DNA of 45,045 bases from an uncultured bacterium (GCA_949288335.1 CASEJU010000013.1:1-45045), one strand, 5' to 3'; shown: positions 8,940 through 17,965, numbered from the stretch's first letter. Notes: generated by a model not told the origin, from the letters alone. Numbers and translations are program-made.

Positions 8940-10353
8940 AAAAAGAGTATCAATAAAGTACAAAATATTCATAGGAGTAGGTTTATTCGTTATATTAAAT
9001 ATAATTATTAATTTATTAATAGTTAAGTTATCGATTAATGATATATACTTAAGTTTAGAAAAAAAAGAGTTAAAAAAAGAGTATGAACTTATTAGTAAAA
9101 ACATTAATAATGAAGATAAATTGTTTAACATAATTTATAATGCTAGCAATAACGGTATAAGAATAAAAGTGCTAGATAATGATTTTAATCTTTTATACAG
9201 CGCTTTTAGTGATAAGATTGATAAAAGATTTACTAATTTTGATTTAATATTATTAAATTCTTTAAAAGATAATGAAAAAAAGATAATTACTTTAGAAAAC
9301 AAAAGAAAAAGTGGTTATGATATTCATTTGGTTGGGAAAACATCTTATGGTTATACTATTATATCATCTTCTATTGATAGTATTAAAAAAGATGCTAAGA
9401 CGACCATGATTGTTATTTTGGTAACATCTCTTATAACTTTTGGTATTCTTTTGCTAGTAGCGTATTTTATATCAAAATTATTTAGTAAAAAAATAAAAGA
9501 GATAAAAGATGTAACCGATGGAATTACAAACCTTAACTTTGATAAGAAAATTGACGTAAAATCTAATGATGAGTTAGGGGATTTATTTAAAAACATTAAC
9601 GATATGAGTAATAAGCTAGAAAGCAACATCAAGGAACTTGAAGAAGCTAATAAAAAACTTAAACAAGATTTAGTTGATAAAGAAAAACAAGAAAAAGCAA
9701 GAAAAAAATTAATCGCAAATATTTCTCATGAGTTTAAAACGCCGCTTACTATTATCTCGGGATACTCACAGTTAATGATAGATGAAGTTAAAAAACCTGA
9801 AAATAAAAAAAATATGCAAATTATTATAAATGAATCAGAACGATTAGGGGATTTAGTTCATGAGTTTTTAGAGCTTTCAAGACTGGAAAGTGGAAGTATA
9901 GTACTTAATAAAACCGATGTTAATATGAAAGATATCATTATTTGTGAACTTGATAAATTATCGGTTAAAATAAAACGTAAAAAAATAAATGTTACTACTA
10001 ACTTTAATGGTAACCAAATTATTAAAGCGGATGAAAAACAGATTTCTAAGGTAATAGAAAATATTTTGACTAACGCCATAAAATTTGTTAAAAACGAAAA
10101 TAAAATATCAATAAAGACTTATAGTAAGGGTGAATATTTTTACTACGAAGTATTTAATACCGGAGATAATATAAAACAAGAAGAGTTGGAAAATATATTT
10201 AATTCATATTATAAGGATAAAAGTGCTAGAAATAAAGAAGGTACCGGGCTTGGACTTACGATAGTAAAAGCAATAATTAATCTTCACGAAGGAAACTGTG
10301 AAGTTAAGAATTTACCTCATGGGGTTAAGTTTATAATAAGTATAAAAAAATAG
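8929..10353 (+). CDS. Sensor histidine kinase (2 TM, HAMP, HisKA, HATPase_c)
   Basis: H-box SHEFKTPLT and G-boxes (GTGLGLTIVK), with two hydrophobic segments flanking an extracellular loop. It overlaps the response-regulator stop by 11 nt, so the TTG start is tentative. Confidence 0.9.
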   Translation: MLNKKRVSIKYKIFIGVGLFVILNIIINLLIVKLSINDIYLSLEKKELKKEYELISKNINNEDKLFNIIYNASNNGIRIKVLDNDFNLLYSAFSDKIDKRFTNFDLILLNSLKDNEKKIITLENKRKSGYDIHLVGKTSYGYTIISSSIDSIKKDAKTTMIVILVTSLITFGILLLVAYFISKLFSKKIKEIKDVTDGITNLNFDKKIDVKSNDELGDLFKNINDMSNKLESNIKELEEANKKLKQDLVDKEKQEKARKKLIANISHEFKTPLTIISGYSQLMIDEVKKPENKKNMQIIINESERLGDLVHEFLELSRLESGSIVLNKTDVNMKDIIICELDKLSVKIKRKKINVTTNFNGNQIIKADEKQISKVIENILTNAIKFVKNENKISIKTYSKGEYFYYEVFNTGDNIKQEELENIFNSYYKDKSARNKEGTGLGLTIVKAIINLHEGNCEVKNLPHGVKFIISIKK

Positions 10354-10370
10354 GAATTTTTTTCCTATTT
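10348..10370. terminator. Bidirectional terminator shared by the convergent HK and rnj genes
   Basis: aaataggaa (10348-10356) / ttcctattt (10362-10370), flanked by an A-run and a T-run. Both stop codons (TAG 10351-10353 and the complement of 10365-10367) sit in the hairpin arms. Confidence 0.75.
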
Positions 10371-12044
10371 TTTTACGTTTAATATAACCGGAAGAACGAT
10401 TGGTCTTCTACCTGTTTTTTCGTAAACAAACGTTAGAAGATTAGTTGTTATTTGTGCTTTTAAGTCGTTATAATTAACGTTCTCACAAGATAACGCGTTA
10501 TTTACTACGTCGGTTGCAACACCTTCGATTTGTTTAAGCAACTCTTCGTTTTCGTTTACTAAAATAAAGCCTCTTGTTGTTATGTTAATTCTACCTAGTA
10601 GTTTGTGTTCATTTATGTTTATGTTACAAATCGCAACTAAAATTCCATCGTTAGCCATTATTTTTCTATCCTTAATAACAACGTTTCCAACGTCTCCTAT
10701 TCTGTTACCATCAACGTATATATCATCAGCCGTAATACTTTCTTTTTTTCTTATACCATCTTTGTTAAGTGCTAAAACATCACCATTAGCAAGTAAGAAG
10801 GTTTTTTCCTTTGGAATATCACAGTCTATCGCTAAATCTTGGTGTGCTTTAAGCATTCTGTATTCACCATGAATAGGCATAAAGTATTCTGGGTTAATTA
10901 ATCTTATCATTAATTTTAATTCTTCTTGATTAGCATGTCCTGATGTATGTATTTCGTTTTCTTGGTTATTTACAAATACCTTAACACCTTGTAAATACAA
11001 TTGGTTTATGGTTTTTGCAACACTTGCGTTATTACCAGGAATCGGGTTAGAAGAGAAGATAACCGTATCAGTTGGTCTTAGTTTGATTTGTTTGTGTGTG
11101 CCGTTAGCAATTCTAGATAATGCCGCTAATGCTTCACCTTGTGAACCAGTGCATAAAAGGCAAGTCTCTTCCGGTGGAAGTGTGTTTGCAACTTCTGGAG
11201 AAACAAAAATTTTATCATCTTTTATGTATCCGCCTTCAATTGAGATTTCTATGTTATTGATCATGCTTCTTCCGAATAATGCTATTTTTCTGTTGTTTTT
11301 TTTACATGTTTCAACTATGTGTTTTAACCTATAGATGTTAGAAGCAAAAGTTGCAACTATGATTCTTCCTTTTTTATTTTCGAATATTTCTTGTAATTCT
11401 TCTTCAACTTTTGATTCACTAGCAGAAAATCCTGGTGATAAAGCATTAGTTGATTCGCTCATTAAAAGCTTAACTCCTGATTTACCTGTATCTGACATTT
11501 TATGAATGTTACTCATTGGTCCGATTGGCGTTAGGTCAAATTTGAAATCACCAGTTTCTACTATTTTTCCGTTTGGTGTTGTAATTATTATTCCGTGTGA
11601 GTCTGGAATAGAGTGAGTTGTTGCAAAAAACTCAACCGTAAAATGTTTGAATTTAACAACCGTATCCTCATTATAAACCTTTAGGTTATCATAGCTTATG
11701 TTTTTATCGACTAACTTCCTTTTAATTAAACAACAAGCTTGATTAGGTGCGTATATAACAGGTATTTTTACAGTTTGTAATAAATATGCAATACCTCCTA
11801 TATGATCTTCGTGACCATGTGTTATAAACAATGCTTTAATTTTATTTTCGTTCTTTTTTAAAAAAGTAAAATCGGGAATAACGTAATCAATTCCCATTAA
11901 ATCGTCTTTGGGAAACATTACTCCCGCATCAATTATAATTATCTCGTTATCGTGCATAATAGCGTACATATTTTTTCCGACTTCTCCTAATCCGCCGAGT
12001 GCAACCACTAAAGTTTCTGCACGATCATTATTTAAAATTTTCAT
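10365..12044 (-). CDS. rnj: Ribonuclease J (metallo-beta-lactamase/beta-CASP RNase)
   Basis: HGHEDHIGG motif, N-terminus similar to B. subtilis RNase J1 (MK...ND...ALGGLGEVGKNMY), 559 aa. Confidence 0.95.
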   Translation of the reverse strand: MKILNNDRAETLVVALGGLGEVGKNMYAIMHDNEIIIIDAGVMFPKDDLMGIDYVIPDFTFLKKNENKIKALFITHGHEDHIGGIAYLLQTVKIPVIYAPNQACCLIKRKLVDKNISYDNLKVYNEDTVVKFKHFTVEFFATTHSIPDSHGIIITTPNGKIVETGDFKFDLTPIGPMSNIHKMSDTGKSGVKLLMSESTNALSPGFSASESKVEEELQEIFENKKGRIIVATFASNIYRLKHIVETCKKNNRKIALFGRSMINNIEISIEGGYIKDDKIFVSPEVANTLPPEETCLLCTGSQGEALAALSRIANGTHKQIKLRPTDTVIFSSNPIPGNNASVAKTINQLYLQGVKVFVNNQENEIHTSGHANQEELKLMIRLINPEYFMPIHGEYRMLKAHQDLAIDCDIPKEKTFLLANGDVLALNKDGIRKKESITADDIYVDGNRIGDVGNVVIKDRKIMANDGILVAICNININEHKLLGRINITTRGFILVNENEELLKQIEGVATDVVNNALSCENVNYNDLKAQITTNLLTFVYEKTGRRPIVLPVILNVKK

Positions 12045-12116
12045 TTAAAATTATAAACTCCTTTCTTTTATTTTAAAAGTTAAAAAAGAATCAACGCAAC
12101 TAATTATACTATTTTT

Positions 12117-12145
12117 TTGATAATTTGTCCATTGTTTGGTATAAT
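12117..12145 (+). promoter_or_regulatory. SigA-type promoter
   Basis: TTGATA (12117-12122), 17-nt spacer, TGgTATAAT (hexamer at 12140-12145). Confidence 0.7.
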
Positions 12146-12173
12146 ATAGCCATTAATAGCTATGAGGTGTAAA

Positions 12174-13133
12174 ATGACTGCAACTGATTTAATAGAAGTA
12201 ATTTTAAATGCATCTTTGAATTTATTTAAAGATGAGAATTTACAAAAATTTGTTTCTTCATCATTGGATTTTATAAAAAAGGATAAAGAATTTAGAAGTC
12301 TCATTCATTCTTCTAAAAAAGAAGACGTTTTAAAATTAAAAAATTTAAGTAATGAGCTAAATAAATTACAAGATGAATTTATATCCTTTGCAAACCAAGA
12401 AAAACAAAAATACAAAAGTCCAATGGATATGATTGCGTATTTTATTTTAAAATATGAAGATTTGATTTTTTTGAACGATCAAGTTAAACTTAATGTTAAC
12501 ACTTCTTTACAAACTGATTTTTTTATGATGGAAATAAATTATATTACTTTAATTAGAAAACTTGAATATGATATGGAAAACATCGAAAAAAATTACGAGA
12601 ATTATTATTCTTATAACAAAAAATCTAATTTTGAAAAATTAAAAGTTATATTAAAAATTTTATCAATGCTTTCTTTATTATATAAAGAAAATAAAAAAAG
12701 CGTTATAAACATAATTTTATTAAATAAGAGTGCATCTTACGTATCTGATAAATTTAAATATAATAGAAAAGCTTATGAAACTGATTTATTTGATATGGTA
12801 TATGGTTATGATAATTTAAAAAAAGAAAGTTTAATTGATTGTGATTTAAATGATATTAAACCTTTGAAAGAAATTGCTGATGCTAACGGACCTTTTAAGG
12901 ATTTTTCTTCTGATGAAATTGTATGGCTATTATATGAGTTTTGCGTTTTATATAAAAATTCAGAAGAAATAATAAGTGAAAATGAAGCGTTTGCATTTAA
13001 GGATTTAACTGAAATTTCAGATATTATAAAAAGAAGAAGTATAGATGGTATCGATCCTTATAAAACAATTGATGATATAGCTAGTGGTAAAATAAAAATT
13101 CATTTAAATGACCAAAGTAAAAAACACATATAA
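12174..13133 (+). CDS. Hypothetical helical K/N/E-rich protein (about 319 aa)
   Basis: ATG 12174 is preceded by SD gaggtg. The ORF-track ATG 12162 is part of that SD region. No motif recognised. Confidence 0.6.
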   Translation: MTATDLIEVILNASLNLFKDENLQKFVSSSLDFIKKDKEFRSLIHSSKKEDVLKLKNLSNELNKLQDEFISFANQEKQKYKSPMDMIAYFILKYEDLIFLNDQVKLNVNTSLQTDFFMMEINYITLIRKLEYDMENIEKNYENYYSYNKKSNFEKLKVILKILSMLSLLYKENKKSVINIILLNKSASYVSDKFKYNRKAYETDLFDMVYGYDNLKKESLIDCDLNDIKPLKEIADANGPFKDFSSDEIVWLLYEFCVLYKNSEEIISENEAFAFKDLTEISDIIKRRSIDGIDPYKTIDDIASGKIKIHLNDQSKKHI

Positions 13134-13139
13134 GAAGCT

Positions 13140-13168
13140 TTGATAAGTTTCTTTTTTTATAGTATAAT
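13140..13168 (+). promoter_or_regulatory. SigA-type promoter of ftsY
   Basis: TTGATA (13140-13145), 17-nt spacer, TATAAT (13163-13168). SD GGTGAT (13175-13180) lies only 6 nt downstream of the -10. Confidence 0.6.
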
Positions 13169-13184
13169 TAAATAGGTGATTAAT

Positions 13185-14168
13185 ATGGGATTATTTAGTA
13201 AATTAAAAGATGTTTTTAAAAAAGAAAGTAAACAAGAAGATAAAAGTATAGCAACTTATGAAAAAGGTCTTTCTAAAACAAGACGAAGTTTTGTTAATAA
13301 GTTAGCTAATTTATCAAAAGAATATAAAGAAATAAATGATAATTATTTTGAAGAGTTAGAAGAACTTTTAATTAACGCCGATATCGGAGTTAATACGGTT
13401 ATGGATTTTATGGATAAACTTCAAGTAAGAATAGCAAAAGAAAAGATAAAAAATCCTGAAGAATTAACCGAGATAATCGTAGATGAACTATTTATAATAT
13501 ACGTAAATGATGATATTTTATCAAATAAAATTAATTATAATGATAATGGCCCAACCGTTATTTTGTTTGTTGGGGTAAATGGTGTTGGTAAAACAACAAC
13601 GATTGCAAAACTTGCTTCTAAGTTTAAAAAAGAAAAAAAGAAAGTGCTTTTGGTTGCGGCTGATACCTTTAGAGCGGGAGCCGTTGAACAATTGGTTGCT
13701 TGGGGAGAAAAAATTGGTTGCAACGTAGTTAAAGACGAGAGTACAACGGATCCAGCTAGCGTTGTTTATCAAGGACTTAAAAAGGCAAAAGAAGAAGGTT
13801 ATGACTTGGTTTTAATTGATACCGCAGGTCGTCTTCAAAACCAAGTTAATCTTATGAAAGAGTTGGAAAAAATAAACAACGTAGCAAATAAGATTATCCC
13901 ATCAGCCCCTCATGAAACTTTTTTAGTAATTGATGCTACAACGGGACAAAACGGAATTAGTCAGGCCAAGGCGTTTAAGGAAATTACCAATCTAACCGGA
14001 ATAGTATTAACCAAGTTAGATGGTACTGCCAAAGGGGGTATAGTCCTTGCCATTAAAGAAGAGGTAGGAATACCAGTAAGATACATTGGTTTAGGAGAAA
14101 AACAAGAGGACTTAGAGACGTTTGATATAGAAAAATATATATATGGATTATTTAAGGATATGATGTAA
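13185..14168 (+). CDS. ftsY: Signal recognition particle receptor FtsY
   Basis: SRP GTPase NG domain (GVNGVGKTTTIAKLA, DTAGRL, TKLDGTAKGG). The likely start is ATG 13185 (MGLFSKLK) rather than GTG 13176, which lies inside the SD. Confidence 0.95.
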   Translation: MGLFSKLKDVFKKESKQEDKSIATYEKGLSKTRRSFVNKLANLSKEYKEINDNYFEELEELLINADIGVNTVMDFMDKLQVRIAKEKIKNPEELTEIIVDELFIIYVNDDILSNKINYNDNGPTVILFVGVNGVGKTTTIAKLASKFKKEKKKVLLVAADTFRAGAVEQLVAWGEKIGCNVVKDESTTDPASVVYQGLKKAKEEGYDLVLIDTAGRLQNQVNLMKELEKINNVANKIIPSAPHETFLVIDATTGQNGISQAKAFKEITNLTGIVLTKLDGTAKGGIVLAIKEEVGIPVRYIGLGEKQEDLETFDIEKYIYGLFKDMM

Positions 14169-14169
14169 T

Positions 14170-14466
14170 ATGGAAACAAGGGATTATTTAATTATATTAT
14201 ATGATTATTATTCAGAACTTTTTTCAGAGGAAAATAAACGGTATTTTGAGGATTATTATTTTGATAACCTTTCACTAGCAGAAATCGCAGAAAATGCTTC
14301 TGTTAGCAGGAATAACGTTCATAAACATATAAAAAGTATTGAGGAAAAACTTTTGTTTTATGAAGAAAAATTGCATTTATATAAAAAGGATATAATGCTA
14401 AAAGAAAGACTAAATGAAATAAAAGATGAAAAAATACGAAAATTAGTGGAAAAAATTTTCGATTAA
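14170..14466 (+). CDS. ylxM: YlxM/UPF0122 putative HTH protein associated with the SRP operon
   Basis: 98 aa. It resembles B. subtilis YlxM (LxDxYxxLLxxxQRxYxxLYYxDDLSLxEIAExxxVSRQAVxDxIKRxExxLxxYEEKL) and sits in the conserved position between ftsY and ffh. Confidence 0.85.
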   Translation: METRDYLIILYDYYSELFSEENKRYFEDYYFDNLSLAEIAENASVSRNNVHKHIKSIEEKLLFYEEKLHLYKKDIMLKERLNEIKDEKIRKLVEKIFD

Positions 14467-14506
14467 TGATATAATAAACATGTTAAGATAAAAAAGGAGT
14501 TGTGTT

Positions 14507-14719
14507 ATGGCTGCAAATACAAAAACTACAAAAAAGAAAAGTTCAAATCCAGTAGGAAGACCAAAGAAAAAATATGGTGCGGAAACCCTTATGGATAACA
14601 AAAAAAGTTTCAAGTTAAATAATAACAACGTGGTACTAGATAAGTTTGCTGATGCTTTAATACTTATGGCGGTAGCATTAGTTGTTGCATGTTTAGTTTT
14701 ATTTTTTGCTGTTAAGTAA
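14507..14719 (+). CDS. Small tail-anchored membrane protein with a basic N-terminus containing an AT-hook-like PVGRPKKK motif (70 aa)
   Basis: The SD aaggag lies 8 nt upstream of ATG 14507. A C-terminal hydrophobic segment (ALILMAVALVVACLVLFFAV) is present, and a terminator follows. Confidence 0.5.
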   Translation: MAANTKTTKKKSSNPVGRPKKKYGAETLMDNKKSFKLNNNNVVLDKFADALILMAVALVVACLVLFFAVK

Positions 14720-14744
14720 AACATAAATAACATATATTGAAACG

Positions 14745-14769
14745 AACTAGATTAAGTCTAGTTTTTTTG
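14745..14769 (+). terminator. Rho-independent terminator between the ylxM/small ORF and ffh
   Basis: Stem aactaga (14745-14751) / tctagtt (14757-14763) with a 5-nt loop, then a T7 run. Confidence 0.65.
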
Positions 14770-14776
14770 TTATAAT
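14768..14776 (+). promoter_or_regulatory. Extended -10 promoter element of ffh
   Basis: TGtTATAAT. SD GGTGAT (14783-14788) lies 6 nt downstream. Confidence 0.5.
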
Positions 14777-14792
14777 TAAAAAGGTGATTAAT

Positions 14793-16100
14793 ATGTTTGA
14801 AAGTTTAACTGAAAAATTAGAGAACGCGGTTAATAAAATAAAAGGTTATGGAAAAATAACCGAAGATAATATTACGGATGCAATGCGTGAGGTAAGGCTT
14901 GCGCTTTTAGAAGCTGACGTTAACTATAAAGTTGTTAAAGAGTTTACTAACAAAGTAAAAGAAAAAGCCCTAGGTGAAGAGGTTAAAAAAAGCTTAAAAC
15001 CAGGTGATGTTTTTTTAAAAATATTAAAAGATGAATTACTTTCATTACTTGGTGATGGTGCGAGTGAACTTAATTTAAAAGATAATCCTAGCATTATAAT
15101 GTTAGTTGGTTTACAAGGTTCTGGTAAGACTACTACGATTGGAAAGCTAGCTAACTTACTTAGAAAGAAAAACGCTAAAAAGCCAATGCTTATCGCTGCT
15201 GATGTATATCGTCCGGCCGCGATAGACCAGTTAAAAAAGCTAGGAAAAGAGTTAAATATAGAAGTATATGAAGAAGGCAAGGCAAATGCCGTTTCCATTG
15301 TAAAAAACGGAATTAACAAAGCTGAAGAAAATGGATATGATTTGGTATTAATTGATACTGCGGGGCGATTACACGTTGATGAAAAACTAATGGATGAATT
15401 AAAAAGCATAAATGATAGTGTAAAACCAAATGAAATATTATTAGTAATTGATGCGATGATTGGACAAGATGCGATAAACGTAATTAATGGTTTTAATGAT
15501 GCTTTACCACTTACTGGTACCATCTTAACTAAAATGGATGGTGATACAAAAGGTGGTGTTGCACTTTCTGCAAGACATTTAACTGGCGTTCCTATTAAGT
15601 TTATTGGTACGTCTGAAAAGTTAGATGGATTAGCAAAATTTGATCCGGATCGAATGGTTTCAAGAATCCTTGGCAATGGCGACATTATGTCAATAATTGA
15701 AAAAGCAGAAAGTGTTATAGATGAAAAAGAAGCAATGTCTACCGCTAAAAAAATACAGTCTGGTAAAATGGATTTAGAAGATTTTTTATCACAGTTAAAA
15801 CAGATTAAAAAATTAGGCCCGTTGGAAAATTTACTTAAATTACTTCCAGGAGCAAGAAAAATGGGACTTAATAAAATAAGTATAGATCCTAAGCAATTTA
15901 GTTCTTTAGAAGCAATAATATCTTCTATGACCCCAAAGGAAAGACGAAATCCAGAAATAATAAAATCTTCTAGAAAGCAAAGAATAGCAAATGGTAGCGG
16001 AACAACGGTAAATGATGTAAACAAACTACTTACTCAGTTTGAACAAATGAAAAAAATGATGAAAATGATGAAAAACGGTAACTTTAAAATGCCATTTTAA
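14793..16100 (+). CDS. ffh: Signal recognition particle protein Ffh (SRP54)
   Basis: NG domain (GLQGSGKTTTIGKLA, DTAGRL, TKMDGDTKGG) plus a Met-rich M domain (FEQMKKMMKMMK). The start is ATG 14793 (MFESLTEKL). Confidence 0.97.
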   Translation: MFESLTEKLENAVNKIKGYGKITEDNITDAMREVRLALLEADVNYKVVKEFTNKVKEKALGEEVKKSLKPGDVFLKILKDELLSLLGDGASELNLKDNPSIIMLVGLQGSGKTTTIGKLANLLRKKNAKKPMLIAADVYRPAAIDQLKKLGKELNIEVYEEGKANAVSIVKNGINKAEENGYDLVLIDTAGRLHVDEKLMDELKSINDSVKPNEILLVIDAMIGQDAINVINGFNDALPLTGTILTKMDGDTKGGVALSARHLTGVPIKFIGTSEKLDGLAKFDPDRMVSRILGNGDIMSIIEKAESVIDEKEAMSTAKKIQSGKMDLEDFLSQLKQIKKLGPLENLLKLLPGARKMGLNKISIDPKQFSSLEAIISSMTPKERRNPEIIKSSRKQRIANGSGTTVNDVNKLLTQFEQMKKMMKMMKNGNFKMPF

Positions 16101-16140
16101 TAATAATTAAACGATAACCTATTCAAACATTTAGGATTCT

Positions 16141-16149
16141 CATACTATA
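16141..16149 (+). promoter_or_regulatory. Mother-cell sigma (SigE/SigK-type) -10-like element upstream of the CotD-like gene
   Basis: CATACTATA fits CATAnnnTA (SigK) and nearly fits CATACAnT (SigE). No convincing -35 was found. Confidence 0.35.
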
Positions 16150-16171
16150 AAGTAGGTAAGGGGGATTTTAA

Positions 16172-16441
16172 ATGTTTTTTAATAATAACAAATTTTTTGC
16201 ACAAGGAGGATGTTGTTGCCAAGATAATTGTCATGAACAATGTCCTTGCCAACCAGTTATTGAACCAACCATTGAAAGGTGTGTTACAAAAGACATATGT
16301 CACACCGTAGAACATATTTGTCCAATTCACACTAGAATAATTAATAATCATATAATTCAGCATAATTATACTCCAGAATATACTTGTTCTGAAGAAAACA
16401 TAGTAACTAACGTTGATCCTGGTTGCTGCAATAACTTTTAA
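16172..16441 (+). CDS. Cys/His-rich spore coat protein, CotD-family-like (89 aa)
   Basis: The pattern (CCCQDNCHEQCPCQPVIEPT...HTVEHICPIHTRIINNHIIQHNY...NVDPGCC) resembles B. subtilis CotD (HPTHCC..., repeated H-x-hP/H-T-x-VN-H, C-terminal CC). Strong SD taaggggga. Confidence 0.6.
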   Translation: MFFNNNKFFAQGGCCCQDNCHEQCPCQPVIEPTIERCVTKDICHTVEHICPIHTRIINNHIIQHNYTPEYTCSEENIVTNVDPGCCNNF

Positions 16442-16468
16442 AAAATTCCTGATTAGGAATTTTTTTCT
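16442..16468 (+). terminator. Rho-independent terminator
   Basis: Stem aaattcct (16443-16450) / aggaattt (16455-16462) with loop gatt, then a T-run. Confidence 0.75.
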
Positions 16469-16506
16469 TTTTGTGGTATACTAAATTTGTAATTAGGAGA
16501 TTTAAT

Positions 16507-16893
16507 ATGACAAGACAAGAAACATACGAAAAAGCTAAAAATGATCCAGATATAATAAGAAGAATAGTTAAGTTGCACGTTCTTGATACCATTTATGGTA
16601 ACGAAAGAAATGACTTAAACTTTGTTGATGGGCTTTATCCCGCCGTAGAAGAAATGTTTGGAATTGATACTTGTTTAGATTGCATTGGAAGTAAGAACGC
16701 TTTAAAAGACTATTATGAAGAAAATTATAATCAGGAAATTAGTTATGAAGAGTTGAAATCATATTTTAATAGTGCAAAGGAAATATGCGATTGTATTCCA
16801 GATGAAAAAAAAGATAAGATAATAAACGTAAGTAATTATTTTATAAAGGTACTTGAAAAAATCTATTCTAATAAAAAAGCAAAAACTATGTAA
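16507..16893 (+). CDS. Hypothetical protein (128 aa)
   Basis: ATG 16507 is preceded by SD aggaga and by extended -10 TGgTATACT (16474-16482). The ORF-track start 16471 lies upstream of that -10. Confidence 0.55.
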   Translation: MTRQETYEKAKNDPDIIRRIVKLHVLDTIYGNERNDLNFVDGLYPAVEEMFGIDTCLDCIGSKNALKDYYEENYNQEISYEELKSYFNSAKEICDCIPDEKKDKIINVSNYFIKVLEKIYSNKKAKTM

Positions 16894-16961
16894 AATAATG
16901 TACAAACTGTTGATATTTATATTACACATGGTATATACTAATTATAGGGAGTGTGATATTA

Positions 16962-17156
16962 GTGATTTATCCATCAATTGATAAACTACTTTCAAAAGTT
17001 GGTTCTAAATACTTACTTGTGCATGTTGCTGCAAGAAGAGCAAAAGAAATAACCGAGACGAAGCATTTACAAATGCCTGAGTCAAAATATAAATGTAAGA
17101 AAAGTATCGGAAGAGCTTTAGAAGAAGTAATGGAAGACTTAATACAAATAAAATAG
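16962..17156 (+). CDS. rpoZ: DNA-directed RNA polymerase subunit omega
   Basis: YPSIDKLLSKVGSKYLLVHVAARRAKEI matches the Firmicute RpoZ N-terminus (PSIDxLxxKxxSKYxLVxxxARRAR). GTG 16962 fits SD agggag (16946-16951) better than GTG 16953. Confidence 0.85.
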   Translation: MIYPSIDKLLSKVGSKYLLVHVAARRAKEITETKHLQMPESKYKCKKSIGRALEEVMEDLIQIK

Positions 17157-17188
17157 TATTATGTTTTTTTTCGTATTGGGAGGCTTTT

Positions 17189-17965
17189 ATGAAGGTAGAA
17201 AAATATAAAAAAATTTCTAAGGACAAGTATAAATTAACGTTTGATAACGGTGATGTTATTACGTTATATGAAGACGTAATATTAAATAATGATTTATTGT
17301 TATTAAAAAGCATAGACGAATCTAAGTTAGATGATTTAATAAAAGAAAACAATGATATCAAGGCATATAGTATGGCTCTTAATTACTTGTCATTAAAAAT
17401 GAGAAGTGTAAAAGAAATCAAAGAATATTTATTAAAAAAAGACGTTAATGGTAAGGTTATAAAAAGTACCGTTGATAAACTCTTAAAAGAAGGGTATTTG
17501 AATGATGAGAAATTTGCTACGTCATTTATAAATGATCAGATGGCTTTAAGTGGTAAAGGTCCTTTAAAAATAAAAGCTGAACTTTTAAAATACGGTGTTA
17601 AAGAAGAAATAGTTGAAGAAAAAATAAGTAACGTTGACAAAGTTTTATTAAAAGATAAATTATCTAAATTATTAGAAAAACAACTTAGGGTAAAAAAAGG
17701 AAGTTCTAATGCACTTAAGGTAAAGTTAATTAATTATTTTATTAATTTAGGTTATGAAAAAGAAATGATTGTAAGTGAACTTTCTAAACATGAATTAAAA
17801 TCAGATAAAAATAAATTAATTAAAGATTACCAAAGGTTATATAATAAATATAAAAATAAGTATAACGGTAGTAAGCTTACTTATTTTATAAGCCAAAAAC
17901 TATATTTAAAGGGTTATACAAGTGATGATATATCAAGTGTTATAAAAGAAGTTTATTATGAGTGA
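17189..17965 (+). CDS. recX: Recombination regulator RecX
   Basis: 258 aa. The repeated three-helix motifs align with B. subtilis RecX/YfhG (ALNYLSLKMRSVKEIKEYLLKK ... YLNDEKFATSFI ... GKGPLKIKAELLKYGV). Confidence 0.85.
   Translation: MKVEKYKKISKDKYKLTFDNGDVITLYEDVILNNDLLLLKSIDESKLDDLIKENNDIKAYSMALNYLSLKMRSVKEIKEYLLKKDVNGKVIKSTVDKLLKEGYLNDEKFATSFINDQMALSGKGPLKIKAELLKYGVKEEIVEEKISNVDKVLLKDKLSKLLEKQLRVKKGSSNALKVKLINYFINLGYEKEMIVSELSKHELKSDKNKLIKDYQRLYNKYKNKYNGSKLTYFISQKLYLKGYTSDDISSVIKEVYYE

Noticed and set aside
14924-16024. 366-aa ORF on the minus strand
   Set aside because: It lies entirely antisense to ffh, whose + strand product has unambiguous SRP54 motifs. The product is S/F/I/L-rich, which is typical of the reverse frame of AT-rich coding DNA, and it has no SD.
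17963-17965. Possibility of Mollicutes-type genetic code 4 (TGA = Trp), given the very low GC
   Set aside because: TGA terminates recX at a position consistent with homologs and directly before a terminator. Trp residues in conserved proteins are encoded by TGG. All conserved genes are intact under code 11.
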